Under the pieces are notes generated by a model, which saw nothing but the letters and a program-made list of their open reading frames with translations, did not search any database and was not told where the DNA came from. A stretch of 61,639 nucleotides of DNA, taken from assembly GCA_913020725.1 (NCBI GenBank), contig CAJWCD010000003.1, forward strand, positions 1-61,639. The letters run 5' to 3'. Origin of the DNA: an uncultured Pseudomonadota bacterium (GTDB lineage: Bacteria; SAR324; NAC60-12). The position numbers and the translations under genes were made by a program. Positions 17,828-27,975 of this stretch are shown piece by piece; within the stretch, counting starts at the first letter, position 1; the number at the start of each line of letters is the position of its first letter.

Positions 17828-19969
17828 TTGACTCCCATGCCAGACACCCAGACACTTCCGTTTGACGAAACCCGCCGCCTGCTCGATGAGTTGGCGCAGG
17901 TACTGGAGCCGTCAACGTCACTAAAACCGTGGCAGGTCGAGTTGGGGGCAATGGAGCAGCGGCTCTCTGAGGCCGTGGTGTGCATTGCGGTGGCGGGAAC
18001 CGTGAAATCCGGAAAGTCCACCCTCGTCAACGCATTGCTGCATGAGGACATGCTGCGGCGTGGTGCGGGAGTGTTGACGGCGGCATTGACGCGGGTGCGT
18101 TGGGGCAAACGCGCCGAGGCAAAATTGCGGATCAAACCCCGGACGCAGGTTCACGCGGAGGTGCGGCAAGCCGCAGAGTGGCTGGCGCAGATTTCCGGAC
18201 AGTCACTGCTGGGGGACTTGGCGTTGAGCCGGGCGCGGGACCGCAAAGCCTTGCAGGTGCTGGTGGATCATCCGGAGGTGCTGCGGCGCGTGGGAGCTTC
18301 CGGGTTGCGTGAAAACCTGCGGCGGCTGCAAGCCTTTCTGGAGGGCTACGAGTCGGCGAAACCGCACCTGAAAAAGGACGGTGCGACGGTCACGTTCAAG
18401 AGTAGTGAACTTTCCGGACACCGCGAGTGGGTGACACAAGACCACCTCGCGGTCTACTTGGAGGACGTGCTACTTCAGGTGCCCAGCCTGCCGCATCCGC
18501 AACTGGAACTCGCCGATTGTCAGGGCAGTGATTCCCCAAACCCCCTGCACTTCGCCCGCATTCAGGAATACTTGGCGGGCTGCGCGGGAGTGGTCTATGT
18601 GATCAGTTCGCGGACGGGCATCCGGGAATCCGACCTCCGGTTGTTGGAAACGCTGCGGCGGCTGGAGTTGTTGTCGCGGACGTTGTTTGTGGTCAACCTC
18701 GACCTCAGCGAACACGACTCGCTGGAGGATCGGGACCGCGTTTTGGCGCAAATCCGGGAGCAGCTACTGCCGTGGGTCGCGCCGTCCGAACCGCTGGCCG
18801 TGTCTGCGCTGTTGGAACTCCTGAGTCGGGAATCCGGGACCGACACTGAGGCCGAGCGTTTGCGGGTGGACCTCTGGCAAAAAACCTCACCGCTGATTCT
18901 GGATCACGAGGCGCAGTGGTCCGTGTTGCAAGTGCGCATACGGCAGATGGCGGAACAGCAGGAACTCGCCGATTTGCAAGCGATTGAAACCGAACGCTGG
19001 ATGCGGCTGGTGCAGGGGTTAGGAGGGCTGGTGCAGCCGGAAGGAGAGTCCTCGGAAGCGGTCACTGTAGATTTTTCCAAGGAACGCGAGCTGGCGATTC
19101 AGCAGTTGCCCAACGCGCTGGATGCCGCATTTGCGGGGGTGCTGACCCTCTGGCAGGAGGGTATCCGCAGGCAGGTTCGGCAGCTTTTTGACGAACCGCC
19201 TTTGGCGCTTTCCGGATGCTTGGAGGATTTTGTGCAGGATTATCGCTTGCCGACGGAAAGCCGTAGAGTGGACCCCAAGGACGTGGTGTTGGGTCCGCAG
19301 ATGGCGCTTTGGTATCAGGATTTACGGCAGCGGCTGCTGCGTTTTGTCACGGAGGAACTGAACGCTGATCTGCTGCGCGAAATCCGCAAACTGGAGGTGC
19401 GGCTACTGGAGGACACGCGCAAACTCTCGATGCCTTTCCTCGTGATGCTTCGGGAACTTCAGAGCCGTCGGGACGAGGACGGATTTGCGGAAGGGCCAAG
19501 TTTGCGGTTGGCCGCATTGACACGCTTTCCGGACCAGCCTTTGGTGTCCTTCACCACCACCCTCGATTTCCGGGCTTCGGAACGTTTGCAAGGAGTGTTC
19601 TTATGGGGCAAGACGCTGATGTCGCGGCAACTCCGTCAATGGCAGGGAATCGCCGAGGGGGATTCCGTAGATTTCTTCACAGAGGCGGTGGCGGAGCAAC
19701 TGCGTCGCAATGCGTTGACAAGCCTCCGCTTTGACATCCAGAACTATCAGGAAAATCTCATCCACCTACACCTGTTAGGCGGGTTGCAGCGTATTCAGGA
19801 GGGCGTGCGTGGGGAGGTGTCCGGACTGGTCGATGCAGCGTTGCGCAAGCTGGGTGGCTCAAGTAGCAGCGTTCGCATCCGGACAGGCGAGGAAGTCCGC
19901 GCCGCGCAAATTCACGCAGCCCTGCAAGCCTTGTTGGATGCTCAAGCGCAGACAGCGAACACAAGCTGA
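17828..19969 (+). CDS. Bacterial dynamin-like GTPase (BDLP family), 713 aa.
   Basis: The G1 motif GTVKSGKST, a DxxG-type motif (LADCQG), and long helical stalk regions. Confidence 0.7.
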   Translation: MTPMPDTQTLPFDETRRLLDELAQVLEPSTSLKPWQVELGAMEQRLSEAVVCIAVAGTVKSGKSTLVNALLHEDMLRRGAGVLTAALTRVRWGKRAEAKLRIKPRTQVHAEVRQAAEWLAQISGQSLLGDLALSRARDRKALQVLVDHPEVLRRVGASGLRENLRRLQAFLEGYESAKPHLKKDGATVTFKSSELSGHREWVTQDHLAVYLEDVLLQVPSLPHPQLELADCQGSDSPNPLHFARIQEYLAGCAGVVYVISSRTGIRESDLRLLETLRRLELLSRTLFVVNLDLSEHDSLEDRDRVLAQIREQLLPWVAPSEPLAVSALLELLSRESGTDTEAERLRVDLWQKTSPLILDHEAQWSVLQVRIRQMAEQQELADLQAIETERWMRLVQGLGGLVQPEGESSEAVTVDFSKERELAIQQLPNALDAAFAGVLTLWQEGIRRQVRQLFDEPPLALSGCLEDFVQDYRLPTESRRVDPKDVVLGPQMALWYQDLRQRLLRFVTEELNADLLREIRKLEVRLLEDTRKLSMPFLVMLRELQSRRDEDGFAEGPSLRLAALTRFPDQPLVSFTTTLDFRASERLQGVFLWGKTLMSRQLRQWQGIAEGDSVDFFTEAVAEQLRRNALTSLRFDIQNYQENLIHLHLLGGLQRIQEGVRGEVSGLVDAALRKLGGSSSSVRIRTGEEVRAAQIHAALQALLDAQAQTANTS

Positions 19970-20619
19970 TGGGTGGAAAATCGTCTCTGCCGGTAGAGTG
20001 GCTGGCGCAGGAAAAACAGCAGTTGCACGACCGCTGGGTTGCTGGATCGGAAATCCACAGCCGTCGGATCTTAGAGGCGTTTCTGGAGGTGCCCCGCGAA
20101 CACTTCGTGCCGCTGGCGATGCAGGCCGAATCATATGTGGACTATCCGTTACCAATTGGCGCAGGGCAGACGATTTCGCAACCCACCACGGTGATGCTGA
20201 TGCTGGATTTGCTGAACCCGCAGTCCGGAGACCGCGTGTTGGAGATTGGCGCGGGAAGCGGCTACAATGCCGCCTTGCTGGCCTGTCTCGCCAAGGAGGT
20301 GATTACGGTTGAGCGGCACGATGAGTTGGCAAAGCAGGCGGAGACAGCGCTCCAGCGTGCTGGTGTCCGCAACGTCCGGGTGCTGTGCGGTGACGGCAAG
20401 CAGGGCGACCCGGAACACGCACCGTTCGACCGCATCATTATCACCGCTGCCGCTCACGTTGTGCCGCAGCCTCTGCTTGCTCAACTTGCCCCCGGAGGCA
20501 CGCTCGTTGCTCCCGTGGGTGAAACGCACGGTTGCTGGATGACCCGCATTTGCAAGAACCCGCAGGGCGCTCTGGAGCAGAGCCGCCACGGCCGCTTTTC
20601 CTTTGTCCCGTTGATCTGA
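19969..20619 (+). CDS. pcm: Protein-L-isoaspartate O-methyltransferase.
   Basis: GQTISQPTTVMLMLDLL and VLEIGAGSGYNAALLA. The start overlaps the dynamin gene stop as TGATG. Confidence 0.85.
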   Translation: MGGKSSLPVEWLAQEKQQLHDRWVAGSEIHSRRILEAFLEVPREHFVPLAMQAESYVDYPLPIGAGQTISQPTTVMLMLDLLNPQSGDRVLEIGAGSGYNAALLACLAKEVITVERHDELAKQAETALQRAGVRNVRVLCGDGKQGDPEHAPFDRIIITAAAHVVPQPLLAQLAPGGTLVAPVGETHGCWMTRICKNPQGALEQSRHGRFSFVPLI

Positions 20620-20661
20620 ATACCTTGGGACTATCGATCCTTTAAGCTTTCCCAAATTCCC

Positions 20662-21276
20662 ATGATCCGTTGTTTTTTTGATGTCGATGGAGTGCTGCTC
20701 GATTTTGAGGGCAGTTTTCTGAAAGCCGTGAGTCACTACTTCAATCTGGAGATCCCGGAGAACTATCAGACGGACTCGTGGCTCTTCAAGGATCTGCTCA
20801 CGGAGGAGCAGATGCATGAAGGCTGGCGCTATTTCCTGAAAAGCCAGCACTTCGAGCAGATGGAGCCGCTGGTCAATCCCGCTCAATTCAACGACACTTT
20901 TGGGGCATATCCCGTGCATTTCGTGACGAACATTCCGCCGGACTGCCTTGAACGGCGCTGCGGGAATCTGCGGAACGTTGGATTCCAGTTTGCGTCGGCG
21001 CACTGCGGCGGGTTCATTGCGTACCAAGGGCATCCCTCGCCCACCAAGGCCGAGGTGATCATGGAACTGATGGAGGAAGGGGAAGCGGTGCTGTTTGTGG
21101 ACGACCATCCCGACAACTGCCTCAACGTTCGGGAAGCGTTCCCGGAGTCGGAGGTCTGGTTGATGAGCCGACCCTTCAATCACGAGTTCGAGCATCCCAA
21201 AGTGACGCGGGCGCAGACTTGGGATGACGTTTTTACGCAGTCCCGGTTGCTGCAAACCGTTGCATCGCAGCCCTGA
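20662..21276 (+). CDS. HAD-superfamily hydrolase (5'(3')-deoxyribonucleotidase-like).
   Basis: N-terminal DVDGVLLD motif and VDDHPDN motif. Confidence 0.55.
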   Translation: MIRCFFDVDGVLLDFEGSFLKAVSHYFNLEIPENYQTDSWLFKDLLTEEQMHEGWRYFLKSQHFEQMEPLVNPAQFNDTFGAYPVHFVTNIPPDCLERRCGNLRNVGFQFASAHCGGFIAYQGHPSPTKAEVIMELMEEGEAVLFVDDHPDNCLNVREAFPESEVWLMSRPFNHEFEHPKVTRAQTWDDVFTQSRLLQTVASQP

Positions 21277-21312
21277 TCCTAGTCCGGAAATCCGGACCTT
21301 TACCAGCCACCC

Positions 21313-22260
21313 ATGCGGATTCATCGCCGAGGACATCGAAGGCTGTTTGTTGCGCTGACCGCGCTGTTGCTCCTGCTCTCCGGGGAGTTGTGGGCGCAGC
21401 AGGCGGCAGGCGGTGGCTTGCTGCGGCTCGGCTTTTTGGAACTCGCCACCTACACCTTCCAGCAACCGACCGACCACCCGTTTTACCAGATGACCGGCAA
21501 CAGTCGCTTCAAGGGCGGGCGGGGTTACTTTGGCCTGACAATGGTCGACCTCAATACGATTTACCCTCCACCCAACTCTGTCGCCAGTAGCGCCGATGGA
21601 CACGATGCCAAAAGCAGTGCCCTCAGCAAGATATTCCGCTATCTCCCCACCTTCTCGCTTGAATACATCATGCCCATGCCCGAACCGCTGGGGTTCATGT
21701 CATGGAGTGCGAGTTACATCTACACCAACACCTGGTTGACCGATTTGGACGGGCGAAGTTCTTCGTCCAAGCGGCTGTCGACTTACAAGACTCCGTTGAT
21801 TCGGATGTCGAACCACTTTCATATCGCCACCTTGACGGCCTACCCGACGGGGCAACCCCAACCCAATGGCATCAACCCCTACATCGGCTTCGGGTTGGCC
21901 TATGTTGAAAGCACGATCCGCTATGGGTTCCGAGCCATCAATCCCGCTGATTCCGAATTTTCAAGCGTCACCCATCTCTCCACCAAGAGCGCGATGGCCG
22001 CATCGTCGTCGGGGTTTGTGAGCATGCAGCGCATCGGACTGGCCGCCTCCGGAAATAGCTATGGGTTTTCACTGGAGTTCTTGTTCATGGGAGCAAACGG
22101 CTTCATCAAGAATCCGTTCAAGGGAGGAACGGCGGGGATCAACAGCAGCACCTACGGCCAGCTTGTGAGTGCGTATAACAATTCCGGCACCACCACGAAA
22201 ACCTCCGCAGGCATGCGCGGGGCCATGATGCGTGCCTCGGTGCTGTATAGCTTCTTCTAG
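21313..22260 (+). CDS. Putative outer-membrane beta-barrel protein.
   Basis: Signal peptide (RRLFVALTALLLLLSGELWAQQ), a Ser/Gly/Thr/aromatic-rich body, and a C-terminal YSFF. Confidence 0.5.
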   Translation: MRIHRRGHRRLFVALTALLLLLSGELWAQQAAGGGLLRLGFLELATYTFQQPTDHPFYQMTGNSRFKGGRGYFGLTMVDLNTIYPPPNSVASSADGHDAKSSALSKIFRYLPTFSLEYIMPMPEPLGFMSWSASYIYTNTWLTDLDGRSSSSKRLSTYKTPLIRMSNHFHIATLTAYPTGQPQPNGINPYIGFGLAYVESTIRYGFRAINPADSEFSSVTHLSTKSAMAASSSGFVSMQRIGLAASGNSYGFSLEFLFMGANGFIKNPFKGGTAGINSSTYGQLVSAYNNSGTTTKTSAGMRGAMMRASVLYSFF

Positions 22261-23615
22261 GTGGACGACCCTTCCAGCGTCCGGAGTACCTCGCCCACGA
22301 GGTAGAACGACCCAGTGATCACGAGCGGTTGCTGCGGATGCTGCCCCGCCTTTGCCAAGGCGGCTTGCAAATCCGGGAATCCCACAATAGCGAAATCCCC
22401 CCTGACCCCCCTTTGAAATAAAGAGCGGGACGCCTTGGGCAGGTTGGCCTTGCCGAGAAATTGCGTCAGTGCTTCCGGAGTCGCGCTGCGCGGCGACTGG
22501 ATGGGCACCACCAGCGTTTGTTGCGCTTGGCCGACGAGCGTTTGCAGCGGCACTTGTGCAGCCTCCACCAGCTTGTCCGAAGCCATTCCCACAATCAGGG
22601 TGTATCCGGAAATTTCCCACTGCTGAAGTTGGTTGGCCAGTGCTTCAAGGCTGTCCGGATTGTGCCCGCCGTCGAGGACAACTTCCAAAAAACGCTGCGT
22701 TCCCAGTTGCATCGCTGGCCGACGATCCAAGCGTCCTGGCAGGCGCGTGTCCCAAATGGCGGCGGCGCGTGACGCACCCACTTCCGGCCCTTTCGGAAAC
22801 AACAACTCCAGCGCCAACAGGCTCGTCCGAAAACACTCCAGCCACGGCTGGGACGGAACCTTTCCGGGCAGGGGGAGGGGATTCCCATCCGGCCATTGGA
22901 GGCTCAGTTGGCCGTTGGATTCGGAAATCGGGAGTGTGGTGGTGCAGGTGAGCGGTACGCCGAGCATCTGACATTCGCGTTCCAACCACGGCACGAGTTC
23001 GGGGGCCTGCTCGGCGGACACGAGCGGAACTCCGGGGCGGGTGATGCCGAGTTTTTCCACTGCGATTTGTTCCAGCGTGTTTCCCAGCACGGCTTGATGA
23101 TCCAGCCCAACACGGGTGAGCAGGGTGAGCGTCTTCTCGGTGACGTTCGTGGAATCCGCTCGTCCTCCAATCCCAGTTTCCAGCACCACCCACTGGCAAC
23201 CCGCTTCCCGAAACGTAAGCAATGCGGAGGCGGTGAGCAGATCGAAGTAGGAGAGGTAGGGTTCGTCACCGTAGCTTTCGGAGAGGTCCAGCACCGCCTT
23301 GGCATTGTGAGCGAAGGCTTGCTGCGAAACCCACTTGCCGTCAAGGGTGATGCGCTCCCGGATGTCGGCGAGGTGCGGGGAGGTGTAACAACCCGTGCGG
23401 AAACCCTCGTGCTGGAGCCCTCGGGCGAGCATCGTGGAGGTCAGCCCCTTGCCGTTGGTTCCGGCGACATGCACAACCTGAAAGCCCTGCTCCGGATGCC
23501 CAAGGTCACGGAGCAATGTCTCGATGCCTTCCAGCTTACTGAGATCGCGGGGAGCCGCTGTGCGCTCGAAACTGCCTCGGTGTTCAAGACGATCAAGAAC
23601 GCGGGCGTAGCTCAA
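22257..23615 (-). CDS. folC: Folylpolyglutamate synthase / dihydrofolate synthase.
   Basis: HVAGTNGKGLTS P-loop and Mur ligase-like domains. Confidence 0.85.
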   Translation of the reverse strand: MSYARVLDRLEHRGSFERTAAPRDLSKLEGIETLLRDLGHPEQGFQVVHVAGTNGKGLTSTMLARGLQHEGFRTGCYTSPHLADIRERITLDGKWVSQQAFAHNAKAVLDLSESYGDEPYLSYFDLLTASALLTFREAGCQWVVLETGIGGRADSTNVTEKTLTLLTRVGLDHQAVLGNTLEQIAVEKLGITRPGVPLVSAEQAPELVPWLERECQMLGVPLTCTTTLPISESNGQLSLQWPDGNPLPLPGKVPSQPWLECFRTSLLALELLFPKGPEVGASRAAAIWDTRLPGRLDRRPAMQLGTQRFLEVVLDGGHNPDSLEALANQLQQWEISGYTLIVGMASDKLVEAAQVPLQTLVGQAQQTLVVPIQSPRSATPEALTQFLGKANLPKASRSLFQRGVRGDFAIVGFPDLQAALAKAGQHPQQPLVITGSFYLVGEVLRTLEGSST

Positions 23616-23679
23616 GAGGTGTTTAGGTTAAAACCGTGACTGCGGGTGTGGTGAGCGCGGCATCCGTGTTCACGCAGGG

Positions 23680-24552
23680 TCACTGTTTCATGTGCCGAAA
23701 CAGAGGTTGTTCCGAACTCAGGAGCAGGGTGGTCCCCTCCTTGAAGGAGGCGCGATAAACATCCTGAGAACGCAGAAACGAAAAGAACTCCGGATCGCGG
23801 TTGTAGGCGTCCGCATAGATTTTCGTGGCATTGGCATCGGCACGACCCTGGATTTTCTCGGATTCCTGCCGGGCCCTGGCGAGCAGGGTGACGCGCTCGC
23901 GGTCGGCCTCGGAGCGGATTTCGAGGGCGCGCTCCTCCCCTTCAGAGCGGTAGAGCTTGGCCTGCCGCGTGCGCTCGGCCTCCATGCGTCCGAAGACGGC
24001 GAGGCTGTTTGAGGCGGGAAGGTCCGCCCGCTTCACACGCACGTCCTGCACGTCAATCCCAAAGGCTTGCGCATTTTCCCGGGAGCGTTCCGTGATAAGT
24101 TCCCGGATTTCCTTGCGGTTTCCAGAGACGATTTCGACCAGCGTATACTGCCCCAACACCTCACGGGTCTGCGAGTAGATGATGTCGTCGAGCCGCGCTT
24201 GGGCCATTTCGATGTTCTTAACGGTTTCGTAGAACTTGAGCGGCTCGGCCACGAGCCATTTCGCGTAGGTGTCCACCACCATCTCCTTCTTGTCCTTGGT
24301 GAACACCGACCCCGGATCGGCATCGTAGTTGAGTAGCCGGTTGTCCACGAAGTACACCCGCGTGACAAAGGGCAGCTTGAACTGGAGTCCGGGTTCAAGG
24401 TAAACCGTGACCGGATCACCAAGTCGGATTTTGATGGCGTACTGCGTCTTGTCCACCACAAAGGTGGCAAGGTAAAACACGGCGGCGGCAACGAGGCCGA
24501 GTGCGAGGATTCCGTTGATGGAACCGGAGCGGAGAGTTTCCAGAAGCTTCAT
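23680..24552 (-). CDS. hflC: SPFH/band-7 protein, HflC-like.
   Basis: N-terminal TM segment followed by an SPFH domain and a coiled-coil tail. No hflK partner is present in the window. Confidence 0.7.
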   Translation of the reverse strand: MKLLETLRSGSINGILALGLVAAAVFYLATFVVDKTQYAIKIRLGDPVTVYLEPGLQFKLPFVTRVYFVDNRLLNYDADPGSVFTKDKKEMVVDTYAKWLVAEPLKFYETVKNIEMAQARLDDIIYSQTREVLGQYTLVEIVSGNRKEIRELITERSRENAQAFGIDVQDVRVKRADLPASNSLAVFGRMEAERTRQAKLYRSEGEERALEIRSEADRERVTLLARARQESEKIQGRADANATKIYADAYNRDPEFFSFLRSQDVYRASFKEGTTLLLSSEQPLFRHMKQ

Positions 24553-24660
24553 GGGATTGCAAAGTGGTCAGTCAGTGGATAGTCGAAAGGCTTGACGATT
24601 CCCTTGCAGTGTTGAGAATGAAAGCCTTGAAGTCAAGTTGAAACCGTCACAAGGACATCC

Positions 24661-24918
24661 ATGTTGCGTTCCCGCTCCCCTCGCATCCAAGAGCAACTGC
24701 TGGCGTTGGCCCTGCGTCAGATTGAGAAGATGCTCAAGGAGATGCAGAAGGAGGGGAAGGAACTCACCCGCCTGAAACTCAAGCGTTTTCAGAAAACCCA
24801 CCACATTGACTGCACTTGCGAACAGTGCGCAACCGCAAAAGCCAAGAATGATCCGCGCCTGCGCGGCCTGCTGGAGGACGGGTTCAAGGTCTATGTCGAA
24901 GGCGACAAGGCACCCTGA
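24661..24918 (+). CDS. Hypothetical small protein, 85 aa, Lys/Glu-rich with a CxC..C motif.
   Basis: The ORF sits in an intergenic slot and its composition looks plausible. No homology recognised. Confidence 0.25.
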   Translation: MLRSRSPRIQEQLLALALRQIEKMLKEMQKEGKELTRLKLKRFQKTHHIDCTCEQCATAKAKNDPRLRGLLEDGFKVYVEGDKAP

Positions 24919-25048
24919 CCTTGGAGGAGGTTGCGCTTGGAATGACTTGGAGCGAGAGCGCTGGAGGGCCAAATCTTACGGTGGCTGCAAAGCGTAAAAA
25001 ACTGGTTGCCGCTGAACTCTACCTCGTTGCCTGAAGCACGATCCCCGG

Positions 25049-26191
25049 ATGTCCACCCAACGAATTCCTGCCGTCTTCATGCGTGGAGGCACCAGCAAGG
25101 CTGTCGTGTTTCATGCCCGTGATTTACCGGAATCTTCAGCCGAGCGCGCTGCAATGTTCCTACACGTGCTGGGGAGTCCGGACCCCAATCAACGTCAGCT
25201 CGACGGGCTGGGTGGCGGGCTGTCGTCGTTGTCCAAGGTGGTGATCGTGGAGCCGTCTCAGCGTCCCGGAGTTGATGTGGATTACACCTTCGCTCAGGTG
25301 GCGGTGGATCGGCCTGTAGTGGACTACAGTTCCATGTGCGGAAACATGTCCTCGTCTGTGGGGCCGTTTGCCGTGGATGAAAGCTTGGTCGAGGTGGAAG
25401 ACGGAGAGGCAAGGGTGCGGATTTACAACACCAACACCAACAAGGTGTTCCACGCGAGGTTTGCTGTGCAGGACGGAAAGGCCGTGGAAGCGGGCGATTT
25501 CCAGATTCCCGGCGTACCCGGAACTGGAGCGAGAATCACGCTGGGCTACCAAGACCCCGGAGGTGCCGCAACTTCCGGATTGCTCCCCAGCGGAAAGGTG
25601 CGTGATCAACTGGACGTGCCGGGATTGGGCGAGATCGAGGTCTCCCTCGTGGATGCCACCAACCCTGTGGTTTTCGTGCGGGCCAGCGACCTTGGATACA
25701 CGGCAACCGAAGTTCCGGAGGTACTGGAAGCCGACCCGTCACTTCTGCAACGGCTGGACACGATTCGTCGTCAGGGTGGGGTGCTGATGGGCATGGCTGA
25801 AAGCACAGAGGCCGTCCACCTTGCGAATCCGAAGGTGGCGCTCGTTGGACCTGCGGCACCGTTCACAGCACTAGACGGCAACAACTACACTCCGGAATCC
25901 CACGACTTGGCGGTGCGCATCGTTTCGATGGAGCGCATGCACCGGGCGATCACGCTGACGGGGGCGATGTGCACGGTGGCGGCGGTTGGGGTTGAGGGTT
26001 CCATTCCCTATGAATTTGCCACCTCCTGCGCTCCCCTGCGCATCGGCAATCCTTCCGGGGTTTTGCCAGTGGAGGCAAATATCTGCAACGAAGGGAACGG
26101 TCGTTTCACTGCCGTTTCAGTGACCTCCTACCGCACCCAGCGTCGGTTGATGGAAGGCAGTGTGCTTGTGCCCTCAAGGTTGTTGAAGTAA
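25049..26191 (+). CDS. PrpF/AcnD-accessory family isomerase (2-methylaconitate isomerase, 3-methylitaconate isomerase or 4-oxalomesaconate tautomerase family).
   Basis: AVFMRGGTSKAVVF signature and length (380 aa) typical of PrpF. Confidence 0.75.
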   Translation: MSTQRIPAVFMRGGTSKAVVFHARDLPESSAERAAMFLHVLGSPDPNQRQLDGLGGGLSSLSKVVIVEPSQRPGVDVDYTFAQVAVDRPVVDYSSMCGNMSSSVGPFAVDESLVEVEDGEARVRIYNTNTNKVFHARFAVQDGKAVEAGDFQIPGVPGTGARITLGYQDPGGAATSGLLPSGKVRDQLDVPGLGEIEVSLVDATNPVVFVRASDLGYTATEVPEVLEADPSLLQRLDTIRRQGGVLMGMAESTEAVHLANPKVALVGPAAPFTALDGNNYTPESHDLAVRIVSMERMHRAITLTGAMCTVAAVGVEGSIPYEFATSCAPLRIGNPSGVLPVEANICNEGNGRFTAVSVTSYRTQRRLMEGSVLVPSRLLK

Positions 26192-26233
26192 GAGCCCCCG
26201 TTCAAACTGAGTGTGTCAAAACATAAGCGGTGT

Positions 26234-26989
26234 TTAGGGCAGCATCGCCCGTCCACCGCTGGCGACCACCGTTTGGCCCGTGGTGAAGTTGGCTTGGTCG
26301 CTGAGCAGGAAGTGTGTGTAATTGGCGATTTCCTCCGGACGACCAATGCGTTTCAAAGGAGTCTCTGCGACCATCGAGGCCCGTCGCTCCGGACTCATGG
26401 CTTGGATCATGTCGGTCTCGATCAGGCCGGGAGCGATGGCGTTGATGCGCACGTCGGGGGCGAAGGCTTCCGAGCAACTGCGCACAAAGCCGATGACCGC
26501 TGCCTTGGAGGAACTGTAGGCAATGAAGGTCGGGCGGGGACGCAGCCCGGCAATTGAGGTGACACAGACGATGCGCCCATAGCCGCGCTCGATCATGCCA
26601 TCCTTGACCGCCATCACAGGCAAGTAGGTGCCGTCGAGGTTGACCTGCATGACCCGTTGCCAGACCTCGAACTTCATCTCCGGATGAGATTCCACCGCCA
26701 CGACCCCTGCGCTGGTGACGAGCAAATCCACAGGGCCGAGTTGCTGCTCGACCGCCTGCACCATTGCAGAAACCGCTTCCGGGGCTTCCACCTGTGCCTG
26801 AAAAATCTCAGCTTCTCCACCGTCTGCTTCAATCAGGGTTTTTGTCTCCAAGGCGGCAGATTCGTTTGTGGCGTAGTTGATTGCGACACGAGCACCGGAT
26901 TGCGCGAGGCGCAGGCAGATCGCCTTGCCGATTCCCCGTGATCCTCCCGTCACCAAGGCCACACGGTCTGCAAATTCCTGTTCTGGCAT
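26234..26989 (-). CDS. SDR-family oxidoreductase.
   Basis: TGGSRGIG and YSSSKAA (YxxxK). Confidence 0.85.
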   Translation of the reverse strand: MPEQEFADRVALVTGGSRGIGKAICLRLAQSGARVAINYATNESAALETKTLIEADGGEAEIFQAQVEAPEAVSAMVQAVEQQLGPVDLLVTSAGVVAVESHPEMKFEVWQRVMQVNLDGTYLPVMAVKDGMIERGYGRIVCVTSIAGLRPRPTFIAYSSSKAAVIGFVRSCSEAFAPDVRINAIAPGLIETDMIQAMSPERRASMVAETPLKRIGRPEEIANYTHFLLSDQANFTTGQTVVASGGRAMLP

Positions 26990-27003
26990 GTTCTTCCTTT
27001 TTG

Positions 27004-27693
27004 TTATTTGATTTCCTGAATTCGTCCTGAATCGAGGACGGTTTGAAAGAAGCCCGGAATGATTAGCCCACCCTGCACCGCTGCTTCCATTTCCGCTTCA
27101 GCCTTCCGGATTTGCTCCAACTGCTTGAGGGTGTCCTCGATCTTGTTGTAAGGCACGACGACCACACCGTTACGATCTCCGGCCACAAGGTCTCCAGCGC
27201 AGACTTGTTGGCCTCCAAGGATGACGGGCAACCCCACTGTTCCGGGACCGTTGCGGACCGGAGAGTTCGGTGTTATGCCTCGGCAAAACACGGGCAATCC
27301 CACCGGGAGGATGCCTTCGATGTCCCGGATTAGCCCGTCAGTCACGAAAGCCGTGATTCCTCGGTTGCGCATCATGCCTATCACCAAATCTCCAACAACG
27401 GCACAGCCCATATGTTCCTCGCTGGCGGCCAGCAGCACATCTCCGGGCTGGGCGGCTTCCAGTGCGCCAAACACGGCGAGGTTGTCGGCAGGTCCAGCGT
27501 AGCAGGGCAGGGCTACGCCTACGAACTCGGAGTTTTTCAGAGCGAGCGGCTTGATCCGCCAGTCCAGTGCGCCCATGCCGCCGAGTGCATCCACAAGGTG
27601 ACCCGTCATCACGCCTTGGAAGGCCGCGACGGTTTTCGTATCAGGACGCGCAAATTTGCGCCGGACTTTCAAAAGGGGTGGGTCTTCAATCAT
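27004..27693 (-). CDS. RraA-family protein (4-hydroxy-4-methyl-2-oxoglutarate aldolase / oxaloacetate decarboxylase type).
   Basis: RraA-like fold motifs (GHLVDALGG...GDVLL...GCAVVGDLV...GITAFVTDGLIRD). Confidence 0.7.
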   Translation of the reverse strand: MIEDPPLLKVRRKFARPDTKTVAAFQGVMTGHLVDALGGMGALDWRIKPLALKNSEFVGVALPCYAGPADNLAVFGALEAAQPGDVLLAASEEHMGCAVVGDLVIGMMRNRGITAFVTDGLIRDIEGILPVGLPVFCRGITPNSPVRNGPGTVGLPVILGGQQVCAGDLVAGDRNGVVVVPYNKIEDTLKQLEQIRKAEAEMEAAVQGGLIIPGFFQTVLDSGRIQEIK

Positions 27694-27975
27694 GTTGCTG
27701 TTTTAAATGAATGGTAGATTCCGCACAATGCGCTCTCCATCACTCTGCCAGCAAAACCCTGACGGTTCAAAGAAAAATTTGGAGTGGCAATCCGGGCCGC
27801 AAGATCAAGCGGGATTCTCAGGTCTGTCGGGGTTCTTTCCGTCTGAGAGGGAATGCGTTGTCCTGAAAAACCATAGCCGCCCACTGCTGAGGATCAAGAG
27901 TTCCGTATTGAAAAACGAGCCGGAGCGTGCAATTTTCGATGGATCACTTAAACCCCAAATTGTGCCAGAAATCAA

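Noticed and set aside
24568-24972. Minus-strand ORF (134 aa) upstream of the hflC-like gene as a possible HflK partner.
   Set aside because: The sequence is Leu, Gln and Arg-rich with no SPFH or other domain features. The overlapping plus-strand 85-aa ORF is no more convincing, so both are left at low confidence.
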